A DNA stretch of 64,000 bases from Candidatus Latescibacterota bacterium (GCA_965204725.1 OZ242005.1:4288001-4352000), one strand, 5' to 3'. Counted from the stretch's first letter, positions 46,114 to 56,392 are shown. Notes: a model not told the origin generated them from the letters alone. Numbers and translations: made by a program.

Positions 46114-47600
46114 AGCGACCCAATATCATCCTGATCATGACCGACCAACAGCGCTTCGATTCTATCGGTGCTTGGGGGTACGACTACGCGATCACGCCGG
46201 CCATGGACCGCTTGGCCGCCGAGGGGCTTTCCTTTCGCAACGCCTTTTGCCCGGGTGCGACCTGCATTGCCTCGCGGGCGGCGATCTTCACGGGTATGTA
46301 CCCGCACAATACTGGCGTGTACAGCTTTGACCACTGGGCCGATCACCGCAACTGGGTCCAAGACCTCAACGACGCGGGGTATCACTGCGTCAACATCGGC
46401 AAGATGCACTTTGCGCCGCGCGATGTGGCCGGGGGCTTTCACGAGCGGGTCATCGTGGAGAACCCCACCAGCAGATACCTCCACTCGGGCAGTGCCGACG
46501 ACGATTGGGGCCGCTATCTGCGGATTCACGGCTTAGAACGGCCCAACGACCGGAACAAGACCGACCCCGATTGGCTGCGGAAATACCAAGGCGTCCCTTG
46601 GCACTTGGAAGAGCGCTTTCACTCGGATGTCTTTATCGGCGACTCAGCCCTTGCATGGGTTCGCGCGTACCAAGGCCGGTTGCCGTTTTTCTTGCAAATA
46701 GGTTTTACCGGCCCGCACGAGCCGTGGGACCCGCTGCCGCGGCATCTGGAGCAGTACGCCGGCCGTCCAATGCCCCCGTGCGTGATGCGCGATGGCGAGC
46801 TAGCGGACAAGCCGCCCCAGCACGAGGCGCAGCGAAAGACGCACGCGACGACCGAGCACGAGTCCGCGATCGACATGTACTCGGCCAGCGAAGAGGACAT
46901 CGCCCACATGCGGCGGCACTACTACGCCAAAATCACCACGGTAGATGAGAAACTAGGCGAGGTCCTCGACGCGCTTGAGGCACGGGGGTTCTTGGACAAC
47001 AGCCTGCTGATCTTCTGCTCGGATCACGGCGAACTGTTGGGCGATCACGGGCTGGCGTACAAATGGCTGATGTACGACCCGGTGGTACACGTGCCGCTAA
47101 TTGTGCGCGACAGCACTCGGGCGCAACAGGGCGGCGAAATCAACGACTTGGTCTCGCTAATGGATTTGGGGCCGACGATCCTAGAAGCGGCTGGCGTGGC
47201 GGTGCCCAGCTATCTAGAGGGACGCTCGTTGCGGCCCTATTTGGAGGGGGCCGCCGATTGCACCCCGCGCAAGTGGGTGTTCAGCGAGGACAACTATCAG
47301 GTGATGATGCGCGGCCAGCGGCACAAAATGGTCTATTACATCGGCCAAGACCAAGGCGAGCTATACGACTTGGAGCAGGACCCGCACGAGCTGTGGAACC
47401 TCTGGGGCCGCGCCGAGCATCAAGCACTGCAAAACGAGTTGCTGTCCCATCTACTCGGCTGGCTCACCGCGAGCACGTACTACAATGCTGGCTACCGCCG
47501 CCAGCGCAGCCGGCAATACGCAATGCGCTGGCCGCGCCCGGACGACGCGTTTTTACACGGGTCCCGAGGGCGGCCGGTGCCGCGGTCGTTTGATCTCTAA
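46107..47600 (+). CDS. Sulfatase (CxAxR-type, cytoplasmic)
   Basis: 'RPNIILIMTDQQR','CIASRAAIFTG','GKMH','SDHGE.LGDH','ELYDL..DP.E'. Confidence 0.93.
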   Translation: MLERPNIILIMTDQQRFDSIGAWGYDYAITPAMDRLAAEGLSFRNAFCPGATCIASRAAIFTGMYPHNTGVYSFDHWADHRNWVQDLNDAGYHCVNIGKMHFAPRDVAGGFHERVIVENPTSRYLHSGSADDDWGRYLRIHGLERPNDRNKTDPDWLRKYQGVPWHLEERFHSDVFIGDSALAWVRAYQGRLPFFLQIGFTGPHEPWDPLPRHLEQYAGRPMPPCVMRDGELADKPPQHEAQRKTHATTEHESAIDMYSASEEDIAHMRRHYYAKITTVDEKLGEVLDALEARGFLDNSLLIFCSDHGELLGDHGLAYKWLMYDPVVHVPLIVRDSTRAQQGGEINDLVSLMDLGPTILEAAGVAVPSYLEGRSLRPYLEGAADCTPRKWVFSEDNYQVMMRGQRHKMVYYIGQDQGELYDLEQDPHELWNLWGRAEHQALQNELLSHLLGWLTASTYYNAGYRRQRSRQYAMRWPRPDDAFLHGSRGRPVPRSFDL

Positions 47601-49827
47601 ATCACTGCATTACGGGACGGCCGCGGCCCTTTGCCTGCTCCTAGGGGCGGGGTTGCGCTTTGCGGGCCTGACGCGGGGCACAAGCGACTTCGTCTTGCCC
47701 GAGGCGCAGCAGCAGGGCGTCGAGCGGGCTTTTTATACCTTTCACCCCGATGAAGAAACCCTGATTCGCGCCGCCCTTACCCTCGACTGGCAAAGCCCTT
47801 TCGACCCACCATTTACATCTTATGGCCTGTTGCCGCTGTATCTAGCCCGCACGGTGTTAGTCGGGGTACCAGTAGTCAACGAGGGACCCGAGGCGCGGGA
47901 GTGGTCCTGGCGCGTGTCGGGGCTTGTCACGCTGGCCGACCCCGAGGCGCGGCGGCGAATATATCTACGGGTGCGGGTGCTGGCGGCCTTAGTCGGCTGT
48001 GCGCTGCCGGCCTTGGTCTTAGTGTTAGGGCAACGCCTCCTAGGACCGACCCCGGCCCTTTTAGCGGCCTCCTTTGTGGCGTTTGCCCCGCTAGCGGTGC
48101 AGCAGGCGCATTTTTTTACGGTGGATGGGTTCTTTGCGTTTTTCGCTCTGGTGTTCTTTTGCGCCTTGCATTGGGCACTGGAACGGCCCACATACAGCCG
48201 CTACGTCTTGGTCGGCCTAGCAATCGGCGCGGCCGCGGCCGTGCGGCTCAACGGCATGGCCTTGGGACTGGCCCTGATAGTGGGGCACTGCGCGGAAGGC
48301 GGTTGGCGACAAGTTCCTTTGCGGCTCAGGGACCTCAAGCTCTGGGCCGCAGCCCTTGCGGCGTTGGGCTTACTCTTGGTGTTGCAACCGTATTTGCTCT
48401 GGGCACCCGAGCGGCTGTGGCAAAAAATCTCCGTCGATGACTTCGCCTATGTCGTGGACGTCGTTGTTCGGGGCACGATACTTGTGCCGTTTTCCTTAGC
48501 CGATATGCACACGGTGCCGTATCTCCACTTCTGGACCCACCTTTGGCCCCAAGGGGTAGGCTGGCCTCTGACCCTTGGGTTCGCCGGAGGGATGCTGTGG
48601 GTGCTGTGGCACCGCCGGAAGGGCGAACTGCCCGCGCTCGTCTGGTGTCTGGTATCCCTAGCGATGATAGGCGATATGCACTCCAAGTACATCCGCTACG
48701 TACTGCCCCTATTGCCTTTGCTAAGCCTTTTTGCCGCCGGTCTGTGTCAAGTGCTCTGGCGACGCGCCATGCTGGTCGGCGGTGCCGTTGCGGCGGTTCT
48801 CTTAGGCTATACGGCTTTCTACGGGTTGGCCTTTACCCGCATCTACCTTGAAGAGGACAGCCGGATTCAGGCCGGTCGCTTTCTCTCCGCCCACGCCGAG
48901 GACGGGGCGCGAATCGGCGTGGAAAGCGGGGGGTTTAGCATGAAGTCGCTAATTTCGGGTGGCCGCTATGTTCCCGTGAACTCTGAGTCACTCTTTTGGA
49001 TGCGTCACTACCTGAGTTGTACGGCAGCGGCCGACGTCCTTTGGATCAGCGTAAGGCAAATGGACTATATCGCCGCTATTGATGTCAATCGCTATCGCCA
49101 GTTCGTGGCCGTACCGGCATTGCTCCCCGCCGCCCATTCGTTTTACCGGAACCTGTGGAGCGGCGAACTGGGGTTTGAACGAATGAATCGCTTCAAGGTC
49201 TATCCCCATGCGCTCGGAGTCACCCTGATGGACGACGAGGCCGAGGTCTCGTTTCTGGGATACGACCATCCGGCCGTGCTCGTTTTCCGGCGGCAAGCTA
49301 CTAGTGTAGAAGAACTGGAAAAGCACTGGGTCGCTTGGCAACAGCAATTTTTACAGGATGAACGCTGCGCCGACCGCCTGCTCGCCCAAGCTGCTGACCA
49401 CTTCCGCGCAGGCGCCTATCACAAGACGCTGGCGGCACTCGACCTAGTACTCGCGTCCTACCCTCAGATGCACACTGCGCACTTGTTGCAGGCCTTCGCT
49501 TCCGAGCAAATAGGAGCCGAGAAATTGAGGACCCAAGCGGCGCAAAAATTTGTGGCCGGCTACGACGAAGACAACGGTTTCCTAGTGCCTTGGGCGGCAG
49601 CGACCACCTCACTAACCCTCGGCCTGCCCGATGTGGCACTTTCCGCCCTAGACCACGGGGTCCAGCTAAACGAGCAACTAACGGACATAGAAAACAACCA
49701 AATGGCCACATCCTATCTCTACGCCGGCCTACAAGCACAGGAGCTTGGCTACTTGAGCCAAGCCGACGAGATCTACGACATGGCCGCTGCTTTGCGGCGT
49801 ACCGAGAAGAAAGTGCCGGTTGAATAA
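47590..49827 (+). CDS. GT39/ArnT-like polytopic glycosyltransferase with helical C-terminal extension
   Basis: 'FHPDE', 'AHFFTVD', 'RY.LP..P'; many TM helices; start uncertain (TTG 47590). Confidence 0.78.
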   Translation: MISKSLHYGTAAALCLLLGAGLRFAGLTRGTSDFVLPEAQQQGVERAFYTFHPDEETLIRAALTLDWQSPFDPPFTSYGLLPLYLARTVLVGVPVVNEGPEAREWSWRVSGLVTLADPEARRRIYLRVRVLAALVGCALPALVLVLGQRLLGPTPALLAASFVAFAPLAVQQAHFFTVDGFFAFFALVFFCALHWALERPTYSRYVLVGLAIGAAAAVRLNGMALGLALIVGHCAEGGWRQVPLRLRDLKLWAAALAALGLLLVLQPYLLWAPERLWQKISVDDFAYVVDVVVRGTILVPFSLADMHTVPYLHFWTHLWPQGVGWPLTLGFAGGMLWVLWHRRKGELPALVWCLVSLAMIGDMHSKYIRYVLPLLPLLSLFAAGLCQVLWRRAMLVGGAVAAVLLGYTAFYGLAFTRIYLEEDSRIQAGRFLSAHAEDGARIGVESGGFSMKSLISGGRYVPVNSESLFWMRHYLSCTAAADVLWISVRQMDYIAAIDVNRYRQFVAVPALLPAAHSFYRNLWSGELGFERMNRFKVYPHALGVTLMDDEAEVSFLGYDHPAVLVFRRQATSVEELEKHWVAWQQQFLQDERCADRLLAQAADHFRAGAYHKTLAALDLVLASYPQMHTAHLLQAFASEQIGAEKLRTQAAQKFVAGYDEDNGFLVPWAAATTSLTLGLPDVALSALDHGVQLNEQLTDIENNQMATSYLYAGLQAQELGYLSQADEIYDMAAALRRTEKKVPVE

Positions 49828-49846
49828 TGAGCCGACCGACTTATTC

Positions 49847-50524
49847 CTAGCGGGCCAAGAAGCTGGCGAGGAGATCAACGGCGGCAGTCCGGTCCATTTT
49901 GCCGGTGTTGATCGTCAAGTCGTAGAGCAGGGGATCGTTCCAGTCGGCTTGATGGAAGTTGCGCAGGTAGCTCTGGCGCCATTGGTCGTGTTGCTCGATG
50001 AGCTTCTGCGCTTGCTCGCGATCTACGTCGCGGCTTTGGATCAGTCGTTCGATCCGCGTTTCGAGCGGGGCGATGATTTTGACGTGGTAGGCATTGGGAT
50101 GATCGGCGAGGATGACTTGGCTGGCCCGGCCGACGACGACCGCTTGGCCGCTTTGGCCGAAATCCTGCACGAGGGTCGTGATGAGCAGCTGATACGTGCC
50201 GCGGTCGAGGTACGTCGCTTCGCCCATCTCGTGCTCGCGTATGTGGGGAAACTCGAGCCCAAACTCGGGCGCGTACGCGGCAGCCGATAGGGGAAAAGTC
50301 CCCGGAGCGACTTCGGGCACGAGCAATTTCTTGAGAAAGAACCTGAGCCGACCCTCCCCCTTTTCGTCGTAACGCTCAACCTCTTCAACCGAGGTGTCGG
50401 TGATGCTGGCGATCTCTTCGACGAGGCGGCGGTCTATGAGTTCGTAGTCTAGCTTGGTAGCCAACTGCTCGGCGATCCAGTCGCCAAAGCTGCCGAGCTG
50501 ACGGGCAACTGTGATGACAGTCAT
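49847..50524 (-). CDS. Cytidylate kinase-like family protein
   Basis: 'VITVARQLGS.G..IA..LA..L','VVVGR','D..R..Y...F...W.DP..YDL.INT'. Confidence 0.9.
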   Translation of the reverse strand: MTVITVARQLGSFGDWIAEQLATKLDYELIDRRLVEEIASITDTSVEEVERYDEKGEGRLRFFLKKLLVPEVAPGTFPLSAAAYAPEFGLEFPHIREHEMGEATYLDRGTYQLLITTLVQDFGQSGQAVVVGRASQVILADHPNAYHVKIIAPLETRIERLIQSRDVDREQAQKLIEQHDQWRQSYLRNFHQADWNDPLLYDLTINTGKMDRTAAVDLLASFLAR

Positions 50525-50571
50525 GGCGAGTCTCTTAGGTTGGAAGTGCGCAAATGCACTCACTTTAAGAG

Positions 50572-50601
50572 AGTATAAAAGGCAGGCGTTCTTCGTGTCA
50601 A
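50572..50601 (-). promoter_or_regulatory. Sigma70 promoter for the cytidylate kinase-like gene
   Basis: On the - strand: TTGACA, 18 nt spacer, TATACT. Confidence 0.6.
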
Positions 50602-51692
50602 CGCTGTCCCGGCCGGCCCAGCTTTGGTCCCAAGCGAATAGAATGGGTTTTGACGAGGCAGTAGATCGGGTCGCCAATGCCGAGTTGCATTTCCTCAATG
50701 GCTTCCGGGGTCGTCTTGGCGGCCAGCCGACACCCGACATCCACGTAGATGAGTTGTTTCCCCTCCACATCGGCGATTGCGCGGATGGTTCCCTGCAACG
50801 CATTGCGGACGCTCAGCCCTTCGGGGCGCTGGCGGGCGAGGACGATGTCGTCGGCGCGGATGCCGATGAAGAGGCGGCTGCCTACGGGTTGATCAAAGTA
50901 GGGGATTTTGAGCCGCTGACCGTGGCACCGGACCTCGCAGACGCCCCGCTCCGCATCGGTCGCCGCGATTTCCACGTCGAGGACGTTTTCAAAGCCGTGC
51001 TCTTCAACTAGCGGCAGGACTTGGGGGTGAGCGGCGATGTCAAAAAAGTCGCCGTGCGCTACTACTTGGCCCCGGTCGAGGACTACGACTTGGCTGGTGA
51101 GTTCGAGGATTTCGGCGACCGAGTGGCTGACGTAGAGAATGGGAATCTGGAGGGCGTCGCGCACGTGGCACAGGTAGGGGATGATGCGGTTTTTGAGGCC
51201 CTGATCAAGCGAGGCTAGCGGCTCGTCCATCAGCAGCAGGCGCGGGGAAGCAAGCAGGGCACGGCCCAAGGCGACGCGCTGGCGCTCGCCACCGGACAGG
51301 TGCCGCGGCCGGCGCTTGAGCAGAGCACCGATTTCGAGCAAATCGACGATCTGGTCCAAGGCAAAGCGGCGCGCTGTCGTCGGCAGCAGATCGCGACCAT
51401 AGCGGAGGTTTTCCTCGGTGCTCAGGTGTGGAAAGAGCAAGTCGTCTTGAAACACGTAGCCAATGCGGCGGTGCTCAGGCGGCCTATCAATGCGCTGGGT
51501 CGAGGAGAAGAGGGTTTGGCCGTCCAAGGATATTTCGCCGCTGTCCGGTCGCGCCAGTCCGGCGACCACGTTGAGCAGCGAGGTCTTGCCCGCGCCCGAT
51601 GGGCCGTAGATGGCGGTGACCGCGTGGTGGCACTCGATATCGACGTCGAGCGCGAAGGGGCCTAGCTGGCGTTGAGCGCGAAGGCGCAGCAT
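50598..51692 (-). CDS. modC: Molybdate ABC transporter ATP-binding protein
   Basis: 'GPSGAGKT','LSGGERQRVALGRALL','LLMDEP', C-terminal TOBE 'S.RN.L.G'. Confidence 0.93.
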   Translation of the reverse strand: MLRLRAQRQLGPFALDVDIECHHAVTAIYGPSGAGKTSLLNVVAGLARPDSGEISLDGQTLFSSTQRIDRPPEHRRIGYVFQDDLLFPHLSTEENLRYGRDLLPTTARRFALDQIVDLLEIGALLKRRPRHLSGGERQRVALGRALLASPRLLLMDEPLASLDQGLKNRIIPYLCHVRDALQIPILYVSHSVAEILELTSQVVVLDRGQVVAHGDFFDIAAHPQVLPLVEEHGFENVLDVEIAATDAERGVCEVRCHGQRLKIPYFDQPVGSRLFIGIRADDIVLARQRPEGLSVRNALQGTIRAIADVEGKQLIYVDVGCRLAAKTTPEAIEEMQLGIGDPIYCLVKTHSIRLGPKLGRPGQR

Positions 51693-51694
51693 TG

Positions 51695-52369
51695 CTAGCT
51701 CGAACGCAGGCGACGGGCCGACCACTCGCTGGCCATGAGTGCCAGCAGCGAAAGCGCGACCGAGAGCAAGACCAGCCCGGCCGCCCGGCCTTCTCCGTCC
51801 GGTTGGTTGAGGTACGAGTAAATGGCTAACGGGATGGTGCGCGTCTGCCCGGCGATGTTGGCCGCAAAAGTGATGGTCGCGCCGAACTCGCCCAACGAGC
51901 GGGCAAAGCTCAACAGCGAGCCGACCAGCAAGCTAGGAGCGGCGAGGCGCAAGGTCACGGTCAGAAAGGCGCGCACTGGACCCGCTCCGAGGGTGCGGGC
52001 GACGCGCTCTAGGCGCGGCTCTACGCTCTCAATCCCGAGGCGTACGGAGCGCAGCATCAGGGGAAAGCCGACCACGGCCGAGGCCAGCACCGCGCCCTTC
52101 CAGTCGAAGGCCAACTGGAGGTCGAGGGCGGCCAGCACCGGGCCAAAGAGGCCGCCGCGGCCAAAAAGCAACAGGAGCAAGTAGCCAGTGACCACGGGTG
52201 GCAGGACCAGCGGTAAGTGACAGAGGCCATCGAGTGCGATCTTGAGCGGAAACTCCCGCCGAGCCAGCAGCCAGCCCAGCAGCACGGCCGGCACCAAACT
52301 CAGCAACACGCAGCACAAGGCCACGCGCAGCGAGAGCAAGAGGACCTGTACTTCCTCAGCGCTCAACAC
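51695..52369 (-). CDS. modB: Molybdate ABC transporter permease
   Basis: 'LPLVLPPVVTGY.LL','FARSLGEFGATI.FA.NI.G.TRTIPLAIY'. Confidence 0.95.
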   Translation of the reverse strand: MLSAEEVQVLLLSLRVALCCVLLSLVPAVLLGWLLARREFPLKIALDGLCHLPLVLPPVVTGYLLLLLFGRGGLFGPVLAALDLQLAFDWKGAVLASAVVGFPLMLRSVRLGIESVEPRLERVARTLGAGPVRAFLTVTLRLAAPSLLVGSLLSFARSLGEFGATITFAANIAGQTRTIPLAIYSYLNQPDGEGRAAGLVLLSVALSLLALMASEWSARRLRSS

Positions 52370-53105
52370 GTTGGTCGCCCAAAAAGGTAAAGCCGTGGTT
52401 GCGGAAGATGCCGGCGGCCTTCTTTGAGCCAAAAAACGCCAGCAGGCGGCGGACCGGTGCGCTGGCGCGGCCCTTGACGATGGCCGCTGGATAGACGATG
52501 GGGCGGTGTAATGAGTCCGGCACGGTCGCTAGCGTTATCACGCGGTCGCTTTGAGCCGCATCGGTGGCGTACACCAAGCCAGCGGCGCACTCTCCGCGCT
52601 CGACGTACACCAAGGCGGCCCGGACGTTGGGCGCGGGTGCGATGCGGTCTTTGAGTGCCGGCCACCAGCCCAGCGTCTCTAGGGCTTGGCGGGCGTACTG
52701 GCCGGCCGGTACGTGATCTGGGTCGCCGAGGGCCAAGCGGCCCGCGAACGTGCCGGCAAAGTCAAAACCCCTTGCCCAGCGGACGGCAAAAGGCCCTCCC
52801 TTGGGGGCAATGACCACGAGGGCGTTGCCGAGGAGATCGACGCGGGTGTCTTGCTCAATGTGCTGGCGCACTTGGAGATAGTCCATCCACGCGGCATTGG
52901 CGGAAAAATAAATGTCGGCTGGTGCCCCAGCGGCAATTTGTTTGGTCAAGGTCGAAGAGCTGGCAATGGACAGGCGCATCCCGTCGTAGTGGGTGGATAG
53001 TTCCGCGAGGGCAGAGCTCAAGCTGGCCGCGGCGAACACGCTTTGGGCCGCTACGAGCGCGGGGCAGAGCAAGAGTAGTACGATGCTAAGTGCGTACCGG
53101 GTCAT
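52356..53105 (-). CDS. modA: Molybdate ABC transporter substrate-binding protein
   Basis: 'VFAAASL','SSS.L..QI..GAPAD...SA','DP.HVPAG.YA','VY.TDA','I.YP'. Confidence 0.95.
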   Translation of the reverse strand: MTRYALSIVLLLLCPALVAAQSVFAAASLSSALAELSTHYDGMRLSIASSSTLTKQIAAGAPADIYFSANAAWMDYLQVRQHIEQDTRVDLLGNALVVIAPKGGPFAVRWARGFDFAGTFAGRLALGDPDHVPAGQYARQALETLGWWPALKDRIAPAPNVRAALVYVERGECAAGLVYATDAAQSDRVITLATVPDSLHRPIVYPAAIVKGRASAPVRRLLAFFGSKKAAGIFRNHGFTFLGDQRVER

Positions 53106-55461
53106 GGTGCCAAAACTCGGCCAGCGACTGGGCGATATGGGCTGGGGTGCGGACGGAACGCACGGGGTGCCAAGCCGGGGGAAAGAGCTGGCGATAGCGG
53201 CTCTGACCAAAGCGGCGATCGACGAGGAGGATCGCGCCGCGGTCGGCTGCGGTGCGGATGACGCGGCCGGCGGCCTGCAACACGCGGTTCATGCCCGGAT
53301 AAACGTAGGCGTACGCAAAGCCGGGGATCTCGCGCTCGTCGAAATAGTGGCGGATTAGGTCGCGTTCCAAGCACAGTTGCGGAAGCCCAACGCCGACGAC
53401 CACCGCCCCGACCAGCCGCTCGCCGACTAAGTCGATCCCCTCGCCGAAGACGCCGCCCATCACTGCGAAACCCACGGTGTATTGCGCGGGCTGCAATGGC
53501 GTCGCGTCGAAGGCGGCGAGAAACGCCTCGCGCTGGCGGTCGGACATGCCGCTTTTTTGGACGAGCAGGTCGATGCTCGGATGCGCCTCGGCAAAGCGCG
53601 TTGCCACCTCCTCCATGTATTTGTACGAAGGGAAAAAGGCGAGGTAGTTGCCCGCGCGCTGGCTGACGAGCGCGGCGATGGACTCGGCAATAGCGCCGTA
53701 GCTCTCGCCGCGCTTTTTGTACGTCGTCTCAATGTGGTCGGCCAGCAGTAGGCGCAGGTGCTCGGGCGGGAAGGGCGAACCGAGGCTCAACAAGGTATCC
53801 CCCTCCTCGCCGCCGAGCAGGTCGCGGAAGTACGCCAGCGGCGAGAGCGTGGCCGAGAAGAACACGGCCGCGCAGCCGCGCCCTAGGGCTTGGCGGATAT
53901 TGTGCGCTGGGTCGAGGCAGAAGAGCCGGAAGCGAATGTCCCGCCCCTGTTTTTCGGTGTACGTGGTGTAGTGCTCGTCAAAAAGCTCGCCGATGCGCTC
54001 AAACCCCAGTGCCCGGAAGTAGCACTCGACCAACTCGTCCCAAAAGGGCCGAGCCGAGCCCTGCTCTAGGACCTTCTCGGCCGCGCGGAGGACCTTGTGG
54101 ACTAGCGCCATCAGGTCCGTCGGCAGTTGCTTGCTGACCCAACATTCGCCGTCGCCTTCCTGCTCAACCTGCTGGCCGAGCTTGGCAAAGTAGCGGTTGA
54201 GGGCGTCGAGCTGCTTGCCCAAGTCGGGATGCGTCTTGCCGACTAAGCGCTTGAGTCCAGCGATCTCGGATTTGCACAGATCGGCCGAGAACATTTCGCG
54301 CGCCCGATCGACGAGATTGTGGGCCTCGTCAATTAGGAAGGCGTATTGCCCGCCAGCGTCTTGGAAGAAGCGTTTGAGAAAGGCGCGTGGATCGAAGACG
54401 TAGTTGTAATCGCAGATGATGACGTCGCACCACGGCGCGAGGTCGAGCGAGAACTCAAAGGGGCAGACGCAGTGCTTTTGCGCGCATTCCTCAATGAGCG
54501 TCCGGGTGAAGGCGTCGTGGGTAAAGATGTCTGCAAGCGCGTCGTTGATGCGGTCGTAGTAGCCGCGGGCGAACTCGCATTGATCGGGGTCACAAGTGCT
54601 GCCGCCGTTGGGTTTGAAGCAGATCTTGTCGCGGGCCGTCAGCGTCAGGCTCTTGAGGCGCGCACCGCCGCCGCGCAGGTCGTCGATGGCTTTTTCAGCA
54701 ACCCTGCGTCCGCTGGTCTTAGCCGTTAGGTAGAAGAGCTTTTCGGCATGGCCCAAGCCGAGGGCCTTGGCCGCCGGAAACAGGGTCGAAATGGTCTTGC
54801 CGATGCCGGTGGGTGCTTGGGCAAAGGCCCGACCGCGGCCGTCGATGGTGCGATAGGTGGCTACGGCTAGATCGCGCTGGCCGGGTCGGTACTCGGCGAA
54901 GGGGAATTTGAGGGCCGCAAGCGAACGATCGCGCTCGGCACACCACCGTTGGTAGAGCCGCGCCCAATGCAGGTAGTGCTCAATGAGGTCCGTGCAAAAC
55001 GCCGCTAGTTCGTCGGACGCAAAGGTGCGGCGGTCCTCGCGGCGCTCATCGGTATCTAACTGAAGGTATGTTAGCTGGACATCAATGGTGTCGAGGCCAC
55101 TTTGCTTAGCAAACATAAAGGCGTAGAGCTTGGCCTGCGCCCAATGCGCTACATTTTCAGGGATCTCGTCGAGGTCGGCCTCGGTGGTTTTAATTTCCTC
55201 GACGATCACCGCGTCGTCTTCGACGAGCAAGCCGTCGATGCGACCACTTATTTCGAGGGTGATTTCGTCGGTCTCGACTAGATAGGAGATGGGCACTTCC
55301 GCCTGATAGTCGGCGGGGCGGGCGCGCTGGACCTTCTGGTGGCCGCGGGTGCCTCCCACCAAGCGGTCGGGGCGGGAAAAGCCGCCGGAAACCAGATCGC
55401 CGGAGCGCAGCACAAATCCGACCAGTTCGCGCACCGAGGTTTTTAGCAGGCGCGGGGGCAT
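53086..55461 (-). CDS. ATP-dependent DNA helicase, DinG/Rad3(XPD) family, with N-terminal PD-(D/E)xK nuclease domain
   Basis: 'SGRIDG...EEIKTT', 'AQAKLYA'; Walker A 'APTGIGKT'; Fe-S Cys cluster; 'DEAH'; 'SATL'; 'QAAGRVIR'. Confidence 0.9.
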   Translation of the reverse strand: MPPRLLKTSVRELVGFVLRSGDLVSGGFSRPDRLVGGTRGHQKVQRARPADYQAEVPISYLVETDEITLEISGRIDGLLVEDDAVIVEEIKTTEADLDEIPENVAHWAQAKLYAFMFAKQSGLDTIDVQLTYLQLDTDERREDRRTFASDELAAFCTDLIEHYLHWARLYQRWCAERDRSLAALKFPFAEYRPGQRDLAVATYRTIDGRGRAFAQAPTGIGKTISTLFPAAKALGLGHAEKLFYLTAKTSGRRVAEKAIDDLRGGGARLKSLTLTARDKICFKPNGGSTCDPDQCEFARGYYDRINDALADIFTHDAFTRTLIEECAQKHCVCPFEFSLDLAPWCDVIICDYNYVFDPRAFLKRFFQDAGGQYAFLIDEAHNLVDRAREMFSADLCKSEIAGLKRLVGKTHPDLGKQLDALNRYFAKLGQQVEQEGDGECWVSKQLPTDLMALVHKVLRAAEKVLEQGSARPFWDELVECYFRALGFERIGELFDEHYTTYTEKQGRDIRFRLFCLDPAHNIRQALGRGCAAVFFSATLSPLAYFRDLLGGEEGDTLLSLGSPFPPEHLRLLLADHIETTYKKRGESYGAIAESIAALVSQRAGNYLAFFPSYKYMEEVATRFAEAHPSIDLLVQKSGMSDRQREAFLAAFDATPLQPAQYTVGFAVMGGVFGEGIDLVGERLVGAVVVGVGLPQLCLERDLIRHYFDEREIPGFAYAYVYPGMNRVLQAAGRVIRTAADRGAILLVDRRFGQSRYRQLFPPAWHPVRSVRTPAHIAQSLAEFWHHDPVRT

Positions 55462-55464
55462 GGT

Positions 55465-55482
55465 AGTATAGTATAATATAGG
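55465..55482. promoter_or_regulatory. Overlapping divergent -10 elements (helicase / mtnP)
   Basis: AT-rich island AGTATAGTATATAATATA: TATAAT on + (55474-55479), TATACT on - (55470-55475). Confidence 0.55.
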
Positions 55483-55516
55483 GTGCTATCGGGCACTTGC
55501 ATTTTTACAGGAGACG

Positions 55517-56392
55517 ATGATGAGTCAATCCGTAGTCTTGGGCGTCATTGGCGGGTCGGGGTTGTACCACATAGAAGGGGTCGAAACAGTCGCCGAGCAC
55601 CGCCTAGGCACGCCCTTTGGCGCGCCCTCGGACGCCATCGTCGAGGCGCGAATCAGCGACCGCCCGGTGCATTTCCTGCCGCGCCATGGTCGGGGGCATC
55701 GGCTGCTGCCCACCGAAGTGCCCTCACGCGCCAACATTCACGCGCTCAAGCAACTAGGGGTGAATCACGTTTTGGCCGTAAGCGCTTGCGGCATCATGCA
55801 GGAGAGTATCCGGCCTGGGGACCTGATCGTGCCCGACCAGATATTCGACCGCACCCGCGGCCAACGCCCATCGACGTTCTTTGGCGACGGGATCGTTGGA
55901 CACGTGATGTTTGCCGACCCGTTCTGTGCGCGGTTGCGGGGCGTGGTCGGCGCGGCGGCCCAAGCGGCCGGTGCCAACGTCCACGAGGGCGGCACGTACC
56001 TCTGCATGGAGGGGCCGGCCTTTTCCACCCGGGCTGAGTCGCATTTCTATCGCAACGCTGTGGGCGCGGCCGTGATCAGCATGACCGCTCTGCCCGAGGC
56101 CAAGCTAGCGCGCGAGGCAGAAATGTGTTACGCGCTGCTGGCAACGGGCACGGACTACGACTGCTGGCACGAGACGGAAGAAGACGTGACCGTCGAGCAA
56201 GTGCTAGCAGTGCTACGGGCCAACAGCGCCTTGGCCGCACAGGTCGTCTCCGAGGTCGCCACGCGCCTACCGACCGAATCCGCTTGCCCTTGTTTGCGCG
56301 CCGCCGAAAGCGCCATCGTCACCGACCCCGCGGCGATTCCTCCAGCGGCCAAGGAGCGGCTCCGGGTGTTCTACGGAAAGTACTGGGATTGA
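55517..56392 (+). CDS. mtnP: S-methyl-5'-thioadenosine phosphorylase
   Basis: 'GVIGGSGLY','TPFG.PS','RHG..H','EGP.FSTRAES','MT..PEAKLAREAE','TDYDCW'. Confidence 0.95.
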   Translation: MMSQSVVLGVIGGSGLYHIEGVETVAEHRLGTPFGAPSDAIVEARISDRPVHFLPRHGRGHRLLPTEVPSRANIHALKQLGVNHVLAVSACGIMQESIRPGDLIVPDQIFDRTRGQRPSTFFGDGIVGHVMFADPFCARLRGVVGAAAQAAGANVHEGGTYLCMEGPAFSTRAESHFYRNAVGAAVISMTALPEAKLAREAEMCYALLATGTDYDCWHETEEDVTVEQVLAVLRANSALAAQVVSEVATRLPTESACPCLRAAESAIVTDPAAIPPAAKERLRVFYGKYWD

